DNA of 64,000 nucleotides from the human T2T-CHM13v2.0 reference genome, Homo sapiens, in the NCBI RefSeq assembly GCF_009914755.1, contig NC_060931.1. One strand, written 5' to 3'. Positions 12,933 through 27,470 of this stretch are shown here, one piece after another (the stretch's first letter is position 1; every line of letters begins with the position of its first letter). The position numbers and the translations under genes are program-made. The notes under the pieces are model-generated. The model was not told where the DNA came from. It did not search any database and saw nothing but the letters and a program-made list of their open reading frames with translations.

Positions 12933-15900
12933 GTAAGTCCTTTCTGATTTAATATCTGTATAACCTTGTCTAGTCTCTTCTCCTCCATGGTCTATCTTAA
13001 ATTTTTCTTCCTTGAGCACCTGGGAGGTTACCTTTGGTAAAGTTCAAAAGGCAGAAATATCAGCCTTTTGGCCTGTCTAAAACTGGGTAATAAGAAATTT
13101 TAAAAGGTCTGTATTACAGAGTGCTATGCTTAAAAGTCAGCTTAATTAAAAGTGGGTATTCCGGCTTTTAACAGCCTGGACTCCTTGGGAAAAACAAGAG
13201 GCACCAGAAACCCCTTTCTTGGCCTTGTTATTCCGAGGACTCCACCATAAAGCCAATAATCAATTAAGAAACTTAAAAACTGGCAAATGAAAAATCTTAT
13301 AACTACTATAGTAATCTTATTCTGTCCGTCTCTCTGTCTAATTATATATATGTTGTGTGTAATGTTTATATATAAGAGCTCTAATTAATTGGCTTAAGCA
13401 AAAATAAGCACTTAAACCAAATATAATTAAAGCAAAATAAAAACTGCAGTGCCTTTTAGTTCACGTAACTTTTGCAATATTGGGGAAATAAAGACAACTT
13501 TAAAGATTATTGATAAAATAAAGACATTTTTTCTAAATTATGCATGTCAGATATTAGGTTTGCTAAATGCTTTAAGGTTATACACTACTTTGATGTTTGA
13601 AAATTGTTCAATTTATTTTGGAGACATTACATTCTAAATAAGGCCTGGGGATATATGGAATTACCCATGCCCCCTAGCTATGCAAAGAAGGTTATACAGA
13701 AAAGAGATTTTAAATAAGAAAGAATGTTGTATGGTAAATTCTTGTCCTAAGGTAAAATGACTGGTTGTTTAAAAAGAGGGATGTTTAGGGCAAGTCAGAA
13801 AGTCTAAACATGTTGTTCATGGTCTGTGAAAATCATGAAAGAATTTATAAAAAGGAATTTATGCCAGAAATGTTATACAATTTAAAAGTGATTAGTCCTC
13901 CTAAATGCTTCATAAAATGCCACTATGACTCTTAACTGTATAGTTTGCCTGCTTATAGCTAGCTAAGTCCTGAGACACGTGGAGTTAGAAGCTGGAAAGA
14001 GTCAGACCTTATCTGCATTTCTGTCTGGGTCCTAGTCTCCACACCTAGTACATAATTAAAATCTCTTACTTACCAAGATTTTCACCAAAAGTAAAAATTG
14101 CTAAGAGTTAACATTGTAATATGTAATTGAGACTACTGGAAAAATAGGTTTACATGCAAGGTGTGTAAGGAGAATGAAACGTGTTTTTTGTAAGAGATTA
14201 TAGGAAAGTATGGGAATGTAGATTTTTGCCTAGGTTAGAGGGTTAAAGGATTGTTTTAAATTAAACAAAGCTAAAAGTTTGAACAAGTTGTGGAAGTTTT
14301 ATAAAAGTTGATTATAAGAGATTCTATGTGTGAACATAGTGGCTAAAGTTAAAATGGGATTATTCGTTGTTATTTTTTTCCCCATAAATTGGACATTGGA
14401 ATAAAAGCACAACAGAGTTTTCTTAGAATATTGTTCTGCTCTGAGAAAAAAAAATGTAAAGGATTATAAAAGGTTTATAAAAATCTTACCTTATGGTCAA
14501 ATTAATTAAAACTGAATATATTTATAAAATGTTACTAAAACCTAGTTTTATCATTAAAAATATGCTAATGAAATGTAAAATTTGGTTTTCTCTTTTTAAA
14601 GGATTTTTATGTAATATCAAAAGATAATGAAAGGTTTTTGTTTACTTCTTAAAAAAGGAGGGGGAAGGAAAGAAAGGAGATAGTCAGTTGGCCTCATGCT
14701 ATCTTCTTTGGGTCTTGTTTGGAAAGCTGGGTCTCTATCAGAATAATGTTTTTTCCTTTAAAAAATTTTTGAGTTATCAATTTGACTAAATGAATGACTT
14801 ATGGTAACTTAAGATTCTATTTTGTAATATCCAATGTTTTAAACCTTTGGTATTTAACAAACCTTTCAAAATCAAGCTCTAGATTACCGTGCTAAATCAA
14901 TCAGCCAATACTAAAGTTGTTTAAATATACAATTTGAATGAACTCCCTGGTCTAAGTCAAATTACCTGTGATAACTTACTAGTTATCAGTGCTATGCACC
15001 TGAATTAGAGAAACAGCTGGTATTCAAGAGAACGTAAGTCTAATGTTAAGCATGGGCTTGTGAAGAACCCAGGTGGCCACCTTGTCCTTCAGGAGTCCTT
15101 AAAGCTTTCGTTATTAAAGGTTCTGCATTCCATGACTTATCATGAAAAAGATAAAATAATCCAAATAGATAAATAGCATTGCAGGAAACTATGAAGCTTC
15201 TACACAGCAAAGGAAATAATCAACAGAATGAAAAGTCAACATATATAATCAAAGAAAATATTTGCAAAATATGTCTGATAAGGGGTTAATATCAAAATAT
15301 ACAAGAAGTTGAAATAACTCAATAGCAAAAAAAAAACAAAACTCAATTTTAAAATGGATAAAGACCTCAAATAAACGTTTCTCAAAGAAGATGTACAAAT
15401 GGCCAATAGGTATAGGAAAAAATATGTCCAACATCACTAATCATCAGGATAAGGCAAATTAAAGCCCCAGTGAGCTATCACCACATGCCTGTTAGAATGC
15501 CTATTATCAAAAAGTCAAGTAATAACAATGGTTGGAGAGGATGTGGAAAAAAGGGAACCCTTGCACACTGTGAGAGTGTAAATTAGAACGGCCATTATGG
15601 AATACAGTATAAAAATCCCTCAAAAAACTTAAAATAGAACTACCACATGATACAGCAATCCCTAATAGGTTTATATTCAAACAAAAAATGATCTCAGTAT
15701 GCTGAAGAGATAGCTGAACTCCCATTTTTATTGCAGCATGATTCACAATAGCCAAAATATAGGATTAATCTAAGTGTCCACCAATGGATAAATGCATAAA
15801 GAGAATGGGGTATATATACACAATGGAATACTATCCAGCCATCATTAGCATTAATCAGTAATCATTCTATCATTTGCAACAACATAGATGAACCTGGAGG

Positions 15901-18900
15901 ACATTATGTTAAGTGAAATAAGCCAGGCATAGAAAATTAAATACTACATGATCTCACTCATATGTGGACTCATAGAAGTAGAGTAGATTGGTAGCTACCA
16001 GGGCTGGGGTGTTGGAAGGTGGGGAAGCTGAGGAGATATTAGTCAAAGAATAAAAACTTCTTTGTTAGGTAGGAGAAATAAATTTAAGAAATCTACTGTA
16101 AAACATGTTGTCTACAGTTAACAATGTATCATGTTCTTGAAAAATTCTGGCAAAGTGGATGTAATGTGCTCACAACAAATCTGGCAGTGATGATGCATAT
16201 GCTAATTAGCTGGAATTTTGTCATTCCACAACATATATATACTTTAAAGCATCTTATTGTATATAATAAGTACATGTAACTTTATTATTGTATGAACAAA
16301 GTGCTTCAGTGTTGAGCACATTTTAAAAAATTGCTTAGCACTGCCTTTAGTTCAAATTGTTAAAGGACACTATTAAAATGTAAATGTTAACTAGAAAACC
16401 AACTATACAAACACACGTACATCAATTTAAATCATTCATTTTTTTATTACTTTTATTTTTATTTTTTTATTTTTTTGGCCAACCTCAGCCTATAGTCCAT
16501 TCAGATAATCACTGACACATGAGCAAAGATCCCAGCTGAGACTGATGCTAGGACTCATAGCAGGTTTTTTGGGCAGACAAGAGCAAGAGGCAGGATTTGC
16601 ATTGTGAGTGTTAAGAGGAGATAAGGAGAACAGAATTGATAGGAGAAAACAGTGAGCAGAAATGGAGGATGCTGAATTGTGAAATTTATGTTGGAGCACC
16701 TAAATCAGGCATCCTAATTTTTCCAGGAGTGATTTTCAGTTCAAAGAAATGGGAGCTTACCTACTACAAGCTCCTATAATAGTTCAAGTGGAAAAGAGAC
16801 AAGAATTATTAAGCAGTCAGGTCGCGGAATCTCTCTCTTAATCTTCACTTTTTAAAAAGTTTCACTTGGGCCCTTGCTGACCCTTCCTTGAAATCTCCAG
16901 TACCACAGCCCTCCTTCACAATGGAAAGCATCAGACGTCGGCTCTGTTTATGATTCTGACATGTAATCTAGCTCCTGAATTAATATGCAGCACAGTTGAA
17001 ATTACTGGAATCACGCTCTGAAATCATGCTAAGCACACACTTTGTATACACGATGACCTTCAATAAAGATCACAAATGTGTATTTCCATTTTCGAATGAG
17101 AACATTTAACTCCAGGATTACCACCCAGAGTGCCATGTTCACATTGTTGGGGCATGATTAATTTTGAATTATAAAAATAGAACTCTTTTCAATCATATCT
17201 TAGATTCCATTCAAACCTGGTATGAAAGCAAGTATAATACACAGAAATACTATGAAGGGTGCAAATTAAACCCACACAAAGAGGGATTTGGGCCAGATTT
17301 CTGAAAGAACAGTCAAACTTAGTTCATGTCACTGTTTTGCAAACATAAATTAAAGAAGGGAAAGTGCCAATATCCTGACCGCGTAACAGCATGAACTTAG
17401 CCTCAGGCCTAAAGTCTAAATTACCCATTAATAATATTTTCAGTCTTATTCAAACTGGGCACGATCCTTGGAGCAATACAGGAGAGTTTGATGCTTGGTG
17501 AGTATTACTAGCCCACATATGTGAGGTAATAACATTCTCCAGTGGGAGGAGGAAACAGAGGTAATTTACCAAATGGTACCCTACTGACCTGAAAGAACTG
17601 ATTTACCTCATATGGAGGTTTCATTTTAGTGGAAATTTTATTTACCAGGCTTTATTGTGAGTCTGAGATATTTTACGCCGATTAAGAGTGAATTGGAATA
17701 TTCTTCTTCCCTATGGTCCTTTTTTTGAAGTAGGAAGGTTCATATTTGTTTTCAGATTACAAAGTGCTGACTTAATATTCTAGAACTGGAAATTGGAGGT
17801 ATGCTATAGCATATTGAGCTATATTTTCATCTTCACTAAGTCAGAATTATAACTGTTATGGAATTTTAAAACTGCAGATTTACAAAGGAGATTATTTTCT
17901 TTTTGAAACAGTTGGCATACGTTATTATATCAAATTCTGAGTTTCTTTGTGTTTTATGTTCTATGGAAAATTTCATTTAAATGTGATATATTGGGGGTTT
18001 CCTAGTCTTTGGCTTAGGATCAAGTTACTAAAAATTAGTTTCTTTCACTAAAGAAAAAGAAACATCTTCGATCCAAGTAGGTAAAGTGAAGAATTCACTT
18101 ATATAGGTATGTACAAAGACAGGTTGTCACTTTGCAGTGCATTTTGTCACTGTAATTTCTGTTTAGAGAAATCATTTTCAGGATAATTTTGAGACCACTC
18201 AAAAATTTTACCATCATAAAAAACAAATTCCTTGTCAAGCTCACAAAGTAGAAAACCCAATTGACTTGAGGAGTTAGAAGGAGAAATAATTACTGAAACA
18301 CAATTCCAAATGCTCTGAGAACTGCATATCATATTTTGTCCTGTGGGTCTCTAAAGGACTCAACTGACAATAATGCTGTTGCTAACCCCTGTGATACTCC
18401 CGCTGCGTCGTTTAGAGTTCTCTCATCATTAAATAACAGACATTTTGTGGAACTGATAAACATAGTCCTCAGCATTAACTAAATAATCCTCCCAATAGTC
18501 TGGTAAAACAGATGGAGCGAATAAAACAGAGAAGTTGTTAAGAGGCTTAACTCAGTCCATAGAGACAACCTTGTGACTTAGTTAGTATTGGACCTCCCTA
18601 GTTTAAGTTTATGACACCTTCTCTTCCATTTTTTACTAATAAATACCAACCATGCCTCCAAACCACAGCCATCCCAACCCCCCATCCCTCGTGATTGTCT
18701 TTCATTCTTTCCATTTAATTAAGAACAGGACACAGTCCTGCTGCAAAGGAAACTGTAGCTTTCTCCTGTATGTATTTGCTTATGTACATATTCATAAACA
18801 CTAAAATAGCTTTTAATAGGACATAATTTCAAACAAATATATTTTTTCTTGTTTTATAGGGCCAATTTAGTTTAAAGCACATTGTTTATATCAGCTTCTA

Positions 18901-19099
18901 AATTAATTCCACTTTTTACACTTTGCCACAATCAACCCCTCTTAATTAAACAAAATCCATTCTTTTTCTTTGTGTTTCTTCTTGATGACAAGCACGTATG
19001 AGGAGAGAATAAGAGAATATAAGAGAGTATAATCTGGCTGCAGTCTTGCAGGAAGCCATAGTGGGAAAGGAAAATGATGACTAAACAAATAATTATGGT

Positions 19100-19260
19100 C
19101 ATAATAATGATAATACTTCCTGGAAGTTCACCATGTTCCAGACCATATGATAAGCATACCTTACTTCATTTGATTCCTTGAAGTAGGAGCTCCATTTTCT
19201 GTTTTCACAGACCATGGAACTGAAGTTTGCCAGGTTAATGGCTTAATAGATTGAACTCAT
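19100..19260 (-). mobile_element. MIR SINE remnant
   Basis: cttcatttgattccttgaagtagg...ttttcacagaccatggaactgaag resembles the antisense MIR core. Confidence 0.5.
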
Positions 19261-20119
19261 ATAAATAGCTAGTACCCCATTCTCCCATTCAAGGCTTATC
19301 AAACAGTCTTTTAATATTTTTATTTTTTAATCTAATTTTCCCACATGAAGCTTGTCTGACGGTTTTGATTCCCACAATAATTAATACTTTTCATTCTAGT
19401 TTATATTTTTATAATTTTTCTTGGCTCAAATTCTATTCCAAACTCCAATCAACTCTGGGTCAGTGACAAATAGGATTTCAGAACCCGCAGAGTTGAGGGT
19501 TGTTTTAAAAATTATTATTAGGTCATGCTACCATGTCAGTTTTTGTGGTTAGTGGTTTTTCTCTCAAATACCAGTTGATCCTAGAAAACTTTTTTGAGTT
19601 TCAGATGGATGTAAATGCTATTTTTGTAGAGCCCTTTTGAAGTATCCCTACAGTGTTATATTTATTTTTCTACCTTATTCATATGATATTCTTTTTCAAA
19701 TAATATATGCCTTATGACAGAAACTACATCTTGCCAAATTGAATTCTTCAGGGTTGACATTGTATGGTATACAGTGAGTCTCAATAAATATTAATAATTG
19801 AACTGAATTTTACTTTCTTGAGAAGAGGCCTTTATGATGCCTTTAACTTTTCTTTGCAACACCTGTTCAATATTTTTGTCTCTTTGCCTGTCTTTTGTTA
19901 ATTCCTTCTTGTTTCAGAGGAGTAGAGGTCTCTTCTTGTATCTGAATGTGACCCTGATTTTTTTGCACTGTGGTCATGACTGATTTATTTTACTTTTTGA
20001 CCAGTAGCTACTCAGTGTTCACTCTTTCTGCTTGGATGCTCTTACAACTGTCTCTTCTTTTCCATTTAATCACGTCTTCTTTTGAGTTCTCAAAATTCCT
20101 TCCAAAAGGTGCAATATGA

Positions 20120-21110
20120 AAAGGAGGGGAGAAAGGGCAACTTCATAATGGATAAACACACCTGACCCCGGTGATCAGGATCAGCATCAACAGTGATAAA
20201 TCATGCTAAGAGTATGTATACTTGATACAAGTCATGATCATAAGAGGCACTATGCCTCTGTGGTCTTCCTCCCAAGAATGCGTAATCCCACTCTAACTGG
20301 GAGGAAAACACCAGACAAATTCCAACTAGGCAAACTACCTCACCAGTACTATCAAGAAATTCAAGGTCATTGTTTTAATTTCCTGTGGCTACCATAACAA
20401 ATTACCACAATCTTGGTAGTTTATGAAAAAAAAAAAGCAAAAATCCCTTAGAGTTGTGGGGGCAAATAGTAGTCTGAAATCAAAATATTGGCATGGCTGT
20501 GCACACTCCTGAGACTCCAGGAGAGATTCTGTTCCTTAACCCTTCTAGGTTGCGGTAGCTGTCAGCGTTCCCAGGTTTATGTCTGCATCACTCCAGACTC
20601 TGCCTCTGTCACTTTGCTTCTTCCTCTTCTTAGCATGTGTCTGTCTTCTGTGTGTCTCTCATAAGGGTGGATCAAATAAAATAAGGTGATCTTGAGACCT
20701 TTACTTAATCATATCTAAGGGAACTTTTTCCTAGAAAGGTTACATTAAAAGGTTCAAGGAGATTAGGAAATGAAAATAGCTTTTTTGAGGACCACCATTC
20801 AAACCACTACAGTCATCAACAATGAGGGAAGGGAAGTCTGAAATTGTGGCAGCAAAGAAGAGCCTGAGCAGAAATGATGACTCAATGTCACATGGTACCC
20901 TGGATGGGATCCTTAAATAGACAAAGGACATTAGGTAATACCTAAGAAAATCTGAGTAAAGTATGAACTGTAGTTAATGATAATATGTCAATATTGGTTT
21001 ATTCATTGTAAATAATGGACCATATTAATATAAGATGCTAGTAACAGAGGAAACCATATGTGGAGTATATGGGATCTACAACTATTCTAAAAACAAAGTT
21101 AGCTTTAAAA
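20120..21110 (+). mobile_element. L1MC/L1MD 3' UTR fragment split by an MLT1 LTR
   Basis: gtgatcaggatcagcatcaacagtgataaatcatg ... tggtaccctggatgggatcct ... gtagttaatgataatatgtcaatattgg. Confidence 0.7.
20371..20811 (-). mobile_element. MLT1 (MLT1C/D-like) MaLR solo LTR
   Basis: tgttttaatttcctgtggctaccataacaaattaccac...ccactaca, with 5-bp TSD gtcat at 20366-70 and 20812-16. Confidence 0.85.
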
Positions 21111-21137
21111 TAATTCTATGTTTACTCTTCTATAAGA

Positions 21138-21900
21138 GGGCTGTCTAATAGAAATATAATGCACACCACTAGTGTAATTTAAAATTTTCTGGAAGTTGCA
21201 TTTCAAAAAGTAAAAAAATTAATGTTAACACTTTAGCTGAGTATGTACAAAATATTATCAGTTCAACATGATTGATATCAAATAATATCAATTAATAATT
21301 GATATAATTAATAATTATAATTCATTAATTATTAATATTATTTGGTATCAGGGTCTTTCTCTGTAGCCAAAGATGGAGTGCAGTGGTGTAATTAGAGCTC
21401 ACTACAGCCTTCAGCTCCTGGCATCAAGCAATCCTCCTACCTCAGCCTCACGAGTAGCTAGGACTACATACACTTGCTAGAACACCTGGCTAATTTTTGT
21501 TATTATTTGTGGAGATAGAGGTCTCCCTATGTTGCCCAGGCTGGTCTCAAACTCCTGGGCTTAAGTGATCCTCCTGCTTCAGCCTCCCAAAGTGCTTGGA
21601 TTACAGGCACGAACCATAGAACTCAGCCTGATATAAGATTATTTATAAGATATATTACAGTCTTTTTTGGTGGTGTGTTCATGTGTAATACCAGAAATAA
21701 CAGATGTCTGACAGAACTATGATCCAGTAACAATACAATAGACAATACAACCATTAAAGTGAAATGTCATCCTTTTCAGTTTTAACAGAAAACATATTTT
21801 GCATTGCTTCAGTTTTTAAACTTAATATATTAAATTACATAAAATTCAAAATTCAGTTCTCAGTCATAGCCACTTTTCTAGTGGCTAGCTCATTGAACAA
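21138..21900. mobile_element. MER33/Charlie1-type hAT DNA transposon remnant split by AluJ
   Basis: gctgtctaatagaaatataatgc...gtaatttaaaattttct at the left; ctagtggctagctcattgaaca at the right. Confidence 0.65.
21341..21628 (-). mobile_element. AluJ SINE
   Basis: Antisense Alu with J-type ctatgttgcccaggctggtctcaaactcctgggcttaagtgatcctcc; degenerate AT-rich tail. Confidence 0.9.
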
Positions 21901-21909
21901 TATGTCCAT

Positions 21910-22465
21910 ATGTTTTGCTGGTTGCTTTTTCCATTATCTATTACTGTATAACAAACTATCCCCTAAAACAGTGACTTAAAATAACAATAATGTATTATGT
22001 CTCAAGATTCTTTGAGTTGACCGTGTAGTCATTTTTCTGGTCTTGCTTCAGGTTTCTCATGCTTTTCGAGTCTGAGAGCTGCTGCTGCTGGAATGTCCCA
22101 AGTCTGGCTCCTCAGCAGGGAGAGGTATATGGCTGGGCTGGTCTTGGATGCTGGAATGGCTGAGCCACTCTCTTTTTTTCCTGTAGTCTCAGGTTTTCTC
22201 TCTCTACACATGCCCTTTCTTTGTGGTCTCTCCAGCAGGCTAGCCAGATTTATTGCATGGTTGTTCAGGGCTTCCCAAAGCTCAGAAGGAGAAACCGCCA
22301 GGCCTTCCTAAGGCTTAGGTCTGGAACTTGCACAGTGTTACTGCTGCTGCCCGCTATTGTTTAATTAGACTCACATAGCCAGCACAGAATCAAAATGAAG
22401 GGGAAATACACAAGGGCATAAATACTAGAAGGCGTGGTTTACTGTGGGCCATCTTGGAGATTAGT
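21910..22465 (-). mobile_element. Old MLT1 (J/K/L-like) MaLR LTR
   Basis: tctattactgtataacaaactatccctaaaacagtgacttaaaataac ... ctggaacttgcacagtgttact ... ggccatcttggag. Confidence 0.65.
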
Positions 22466-24071
22466 GTTCTTGAGTGTTGGTTAACTTTTCAACAAGTATT
22501 TATTTTTTCAATCTTTTTTTTTTCTTTTTTAACACCATAAAGACCAAACCATGCCTCGCTACTGAGTTTTCCCCCAGTATGAGGAAGGTGGGATTCAAAT
22601 CCAGGTAGTTGTTCAGATTTCTGAGCACCTGCCTTTTTTTTGTTAATTGTTTAAGTGTTACATTTGTCGACCTAAAAATCTTCTAAGCAGTGGGGAAAAA
22701 AAAGAAGGAAATGGGTCTGCTAAACAGTATTTTAAATCCCTGATGTTATGCTTCTTATGCTTAAAGAAGTTCTAATTAACTCAAACTACCTGCAGTCAAA
22801 ATTAATTAGATTTGTTGTGAAAAGTTCTTTCTTTCTCTGTCTTCCTCTCTCACTCTCATTCATTCTTGCTCTTGCTCTCACTCTCTCTTCTGGGTAAATC
22901 CTGGTGGTGCCTTGAAAACTTCTGCCAGTTTTACACAATCTTTTCACTTAAAAGCCAAAGTGAAACACATTTATCTAATCACCCATTCAGGGCTCTTTCT
23001 GCTGACCTTAACCTCTTTCTCCTTGTTTGTAATCAGTGCAGACTCATCAGTGACATTACCAGTTCCACGTAATCTAATATGTTTGCATTCCATATTTTTC
23101 TTAGGCAAAGAAATCAACTCTGATAAAGTAATGACCTCAACATAATTGTCGTTAACAAAAAGGTTACAATGTTCTCACTGGAATAATAGAGCTGAGAATC
23201 ACTTTGTTCTGTGACTCTACGTCTTACTTGGCTCTGAACTCTTTTAACACAACAAATAATCATGCCTTATTAAGCACCTGCTCAATGAGGTTTGGAAATC
23301 GGACTGCGGCAGCATTAAATCCTGACCTTTGACTTCTTCTGTCAGATGCCAGAATGATGATTTCTACTGGATCTTGGCTTGACATTAGGGAGCAATTGGC
23401 TAATCCTCAGACTCTTCAAACTAGCTCTCTGGTCCCTTGCTAAAGCCCATCTTGTTCTGCATCTTAGATTTATTATGATTTATTTACCATGTGAGGTAAC
23501 AATATCTCCTTTTATCTTTAAAAGGAATAGCATCTATATGATTTTAAATCCTGGTTATCAAGGGAAGTCAGAAAAAATGTTTTAAAACTTAGAAATAAGC
23601 TTTTGTCTCTTCCTTTTGTCTTCCTTCCTAATATAGAATTTGGACAAGTGAATAAGTGAAGAGAAGTGTGAGAGGAAAAGAGACTGGGTCTGATTAGCTG
23701 AAGCTTCACAATTAAGGGGGACGTATTAGAGAAACACTACACTCAGAGCAAAGAACTGTGGATTTAAATCACTTTTCCCAAGAGTGGGCCTAACAGATTT
23801 CGGTGGAAATGTAATCACTGGGCCTTTAGGGTTTTAAAAATGTAGTGGCATTGCCTTTAAGTCACAAATATGAAGCCCAGAATTGTGAATAATGTCAGCC
23901 CAGATAATGTACTAAATGAAGTGAAGAAAAAAAATATTTTGGTAGACCAGATAGGAGAGATGAACAGATGTACTCAAACAGAAAATGTAAGAAAAATGAA
24001 ACTCACATTAAATATTTATTATGTGTCAGGCACTGTGCTGGGCATATCATAAAGGGGAAAACTCAACCAGA

Positions 24072-25052
<981 letters not shown>

Positions 25053-25053
<1 letters not shown>

Positions 25054-27470
25054 ATCCAGCAGCACATCAAACAGCTTATCCACCACAATCAAGTTGGCTT
25101 CATCCCTTGGATGCAAGGCTGGTTCAACATATGCAAATCAATAAACACAACCCATCATATAAACAGAACCAAAGACAAAAACCATATGATTATCTCAGTA
25201 GATACAGAAAAGACCTTTGACAAAATTCAACAGTCCTTCATGCTAGAAACTCTCAATAAACTAGGTATTGGTGGAACGTATCTCAAAATAATAAGAGCTA
25301 TTTATGAGAAACCCACAGCCAATATCATACTCAATGGGCAAAAACTGGAAGCATTCCCTCTGAAAACTGGCACAAGACAGGGACATCCTTTCTCACCACT
25401 CCTATTCAAAATAGAGTTGGAAGTTCTGGTCAGGGCAATCAGGCAGGAGAAAGAAATAAAGGGTATTCAATTAGAAAAAGAGGAAGTCAAATTGTCCCTG
25501 TTTGCAGATGACATAATTGTATATTTAGAAAACCCCATCGTCTCAGCCCAAAATCTCCTTAAGCTGATAAGCAACTTCAGCAAAGTCTCAGGATACAAAA
25601 TCAATGTGCAAAAATCACAAGCATTCCTATACACAAATAATAGACAAACAGAGACAAATCATGAATGAACTCCCATTCACAATTGCTTCAAAGAGAATAG
25701 TATACCTAGGAATTCAACTTACAAGGGATGTAAAGGACCTCTTCAAGGAGAACTACAAACCACTGCTCAATGAAATAAAAGAAGACACAAACAAATGGAA
25801 GAACATTCCATGCTCATGGGTAGGAAGAATCAATATTGTGAAAATGGCCATACTGCCCAAGGTAATTTATAGATTCAATGCCATCCCCATCAAGCTACTA
25901 ATGGCTTTCTTCACAGAATTGGAAAAAACTACTTTAAAGTTCATATGGAACCAAAAAAAGAGCCCACATTGCCAAGACAATCCTAAGCCAAAAGAACAAA
26001 GCTGGAGGCATCACACTACCTGACTTCAAACTATACTACAAGGCTAAAGTAACCAAAACAGCATGGTACTGGTACCAAAACAGAGATATAGACCAGTGGA
26101 TCAGAACAGAGGCCTCAGAAATAATACCACACATCTGCAACCATCTGATCTTTGACAAACCTGACAAAAACAAGAAATGGGGAATGGATTCTCTATTCAA
26201 CAAATGGTGCTGGGAAAACTGGCTAGCCATATGTAGAAAGCTGAAACTAGATCCCTTCCTTACAACTTACACAAAAATTAATTCAAGATGGATTAAAGGC
26301 TTAAATGTTAGATCTAAAACTATGAAAACCCTAGAAGAAAACCTAGGCAATACCATTCAGGACATAGGCATGGGCAAGAACTTCATGACTAAAACACCAA
26401 AAGTAATGGCAACAAAAGCCAAAATTGACAAATGGGATCTAATTAAACAAAAGAGCTTCTGCATAGCAAAACAAACTATCATCAGAATGACCAGGCAACA
26501 CACAGAATGGGAGAAAATTTTTACAATCTACTCATCTGACAAAGGGCTAATATCAAGAATCTACAAAGAACGTAAACAAATTTACAAGAAAAAAATCAAA
26601 TAACCCCATCAAAAAGTGGGCAAAGGATATGAACAGACACTTCTCAAAAGAAGACATTTATGCAGCCAACAGACACACGAAAAAATGCTCATCATCGCTG
26701 GCCATCAGAGAAATGCAAATCAAAACCACAATGAGATACCATCTCACACCAGTTAGAATGGCAATCATTAAAAAGTCAGGAAAAAACAGGTGCTGGAGAG
26801 GATGTGGAGAAACAGGAACACTTTTACACTGTTGGTGGGACTGTAAACTAGTTCAACCATAGTGGAAGACAGTGTGGCGATTCCTCAGGGATCTAGAACT
26901 AGAAATACCATTTGACCAAGCCATCCCATTACTGGCTATATACCCAAAGGATTATAAATCATGCTGCTATAAAGACACATGCACACATATGTTTTTTGCA
27001 GCACTATTTACAATAGCAAAGACTTGGGACCAATCCAAATGTGCAACAATGATAGACTGGATTAAGAAAACGTGGCACATATACACCATGGAATACTATG
27101 CAGCCATAAAAAAGGATGAGTTCATGTCCTTTGTAAGGACATGGATGAAGCTGGAAACCATCATTCTCAGCAAACTATCGCAAGGACAAAAAACTAAACA
27201 CCGCATGTTCTCACTCATAGGTGGGAATTGAACAATGAGAATACTTGGACACAGGGTGGGGAGCATCACACACTGGAGCCTGTCATGGGGAGAGGGAAGC
27301 GGGGAGGGATAGCATTAGGAGATATACCTAATGTAAATGACAAGTTAACGGGTGCAGCACACCAACATGGCACATGTATACATATGTAACAAACCTGCAC
27401 GTTATGCACATGTACCCTAGAACTTAAAGTATAATTAAAAAGATAAAAATAAAGAAATGATAAAAAAAAA
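25053..27470 (+). mobile_element. L1PA4/5-like 3' segment (broken RT and C-terminus, 3' UTR, poly-A)
   Basis: Frameshifted ORF2 pieces including LFADD and the HRMFSLIGGN end; 3' UTR ggagatatacctaatgtaaatgac; A-rich tail. Confidence 0.95.

Larger units (their letters stand above)
11040..15170 (+). mobile_element. MER57-int / MER4-group non-autonomous ERV internal region, 3' truncated with no 3' LTR
   Basis: Follows the LTR and PBS; AT-rich non-coding internal sequence; ends abruptly where L1 resumes. Confidence 0.78.
5110..16285 (+). mobile_element. Old L1MA-type LINE (L1MA4-6-like 3' UTR), interrupted by several nested insertions
   Basis: Collinear remnants of ORF1 (5110-5332, 6780-7210), ORF2 EN from ~7768, RT/C-terminus (10088-10608, from ~15185) and L1MA 3' UTR (~15960-16285); many stops and internal deletions. 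Confidence 0.85.

Noticed and set aside
22740-23350. Repeat-free stretch with TAAT/TGAC motifs that could be a conserved enhancer
   Set aside because: Cannot be supported without conservation or chromatin data
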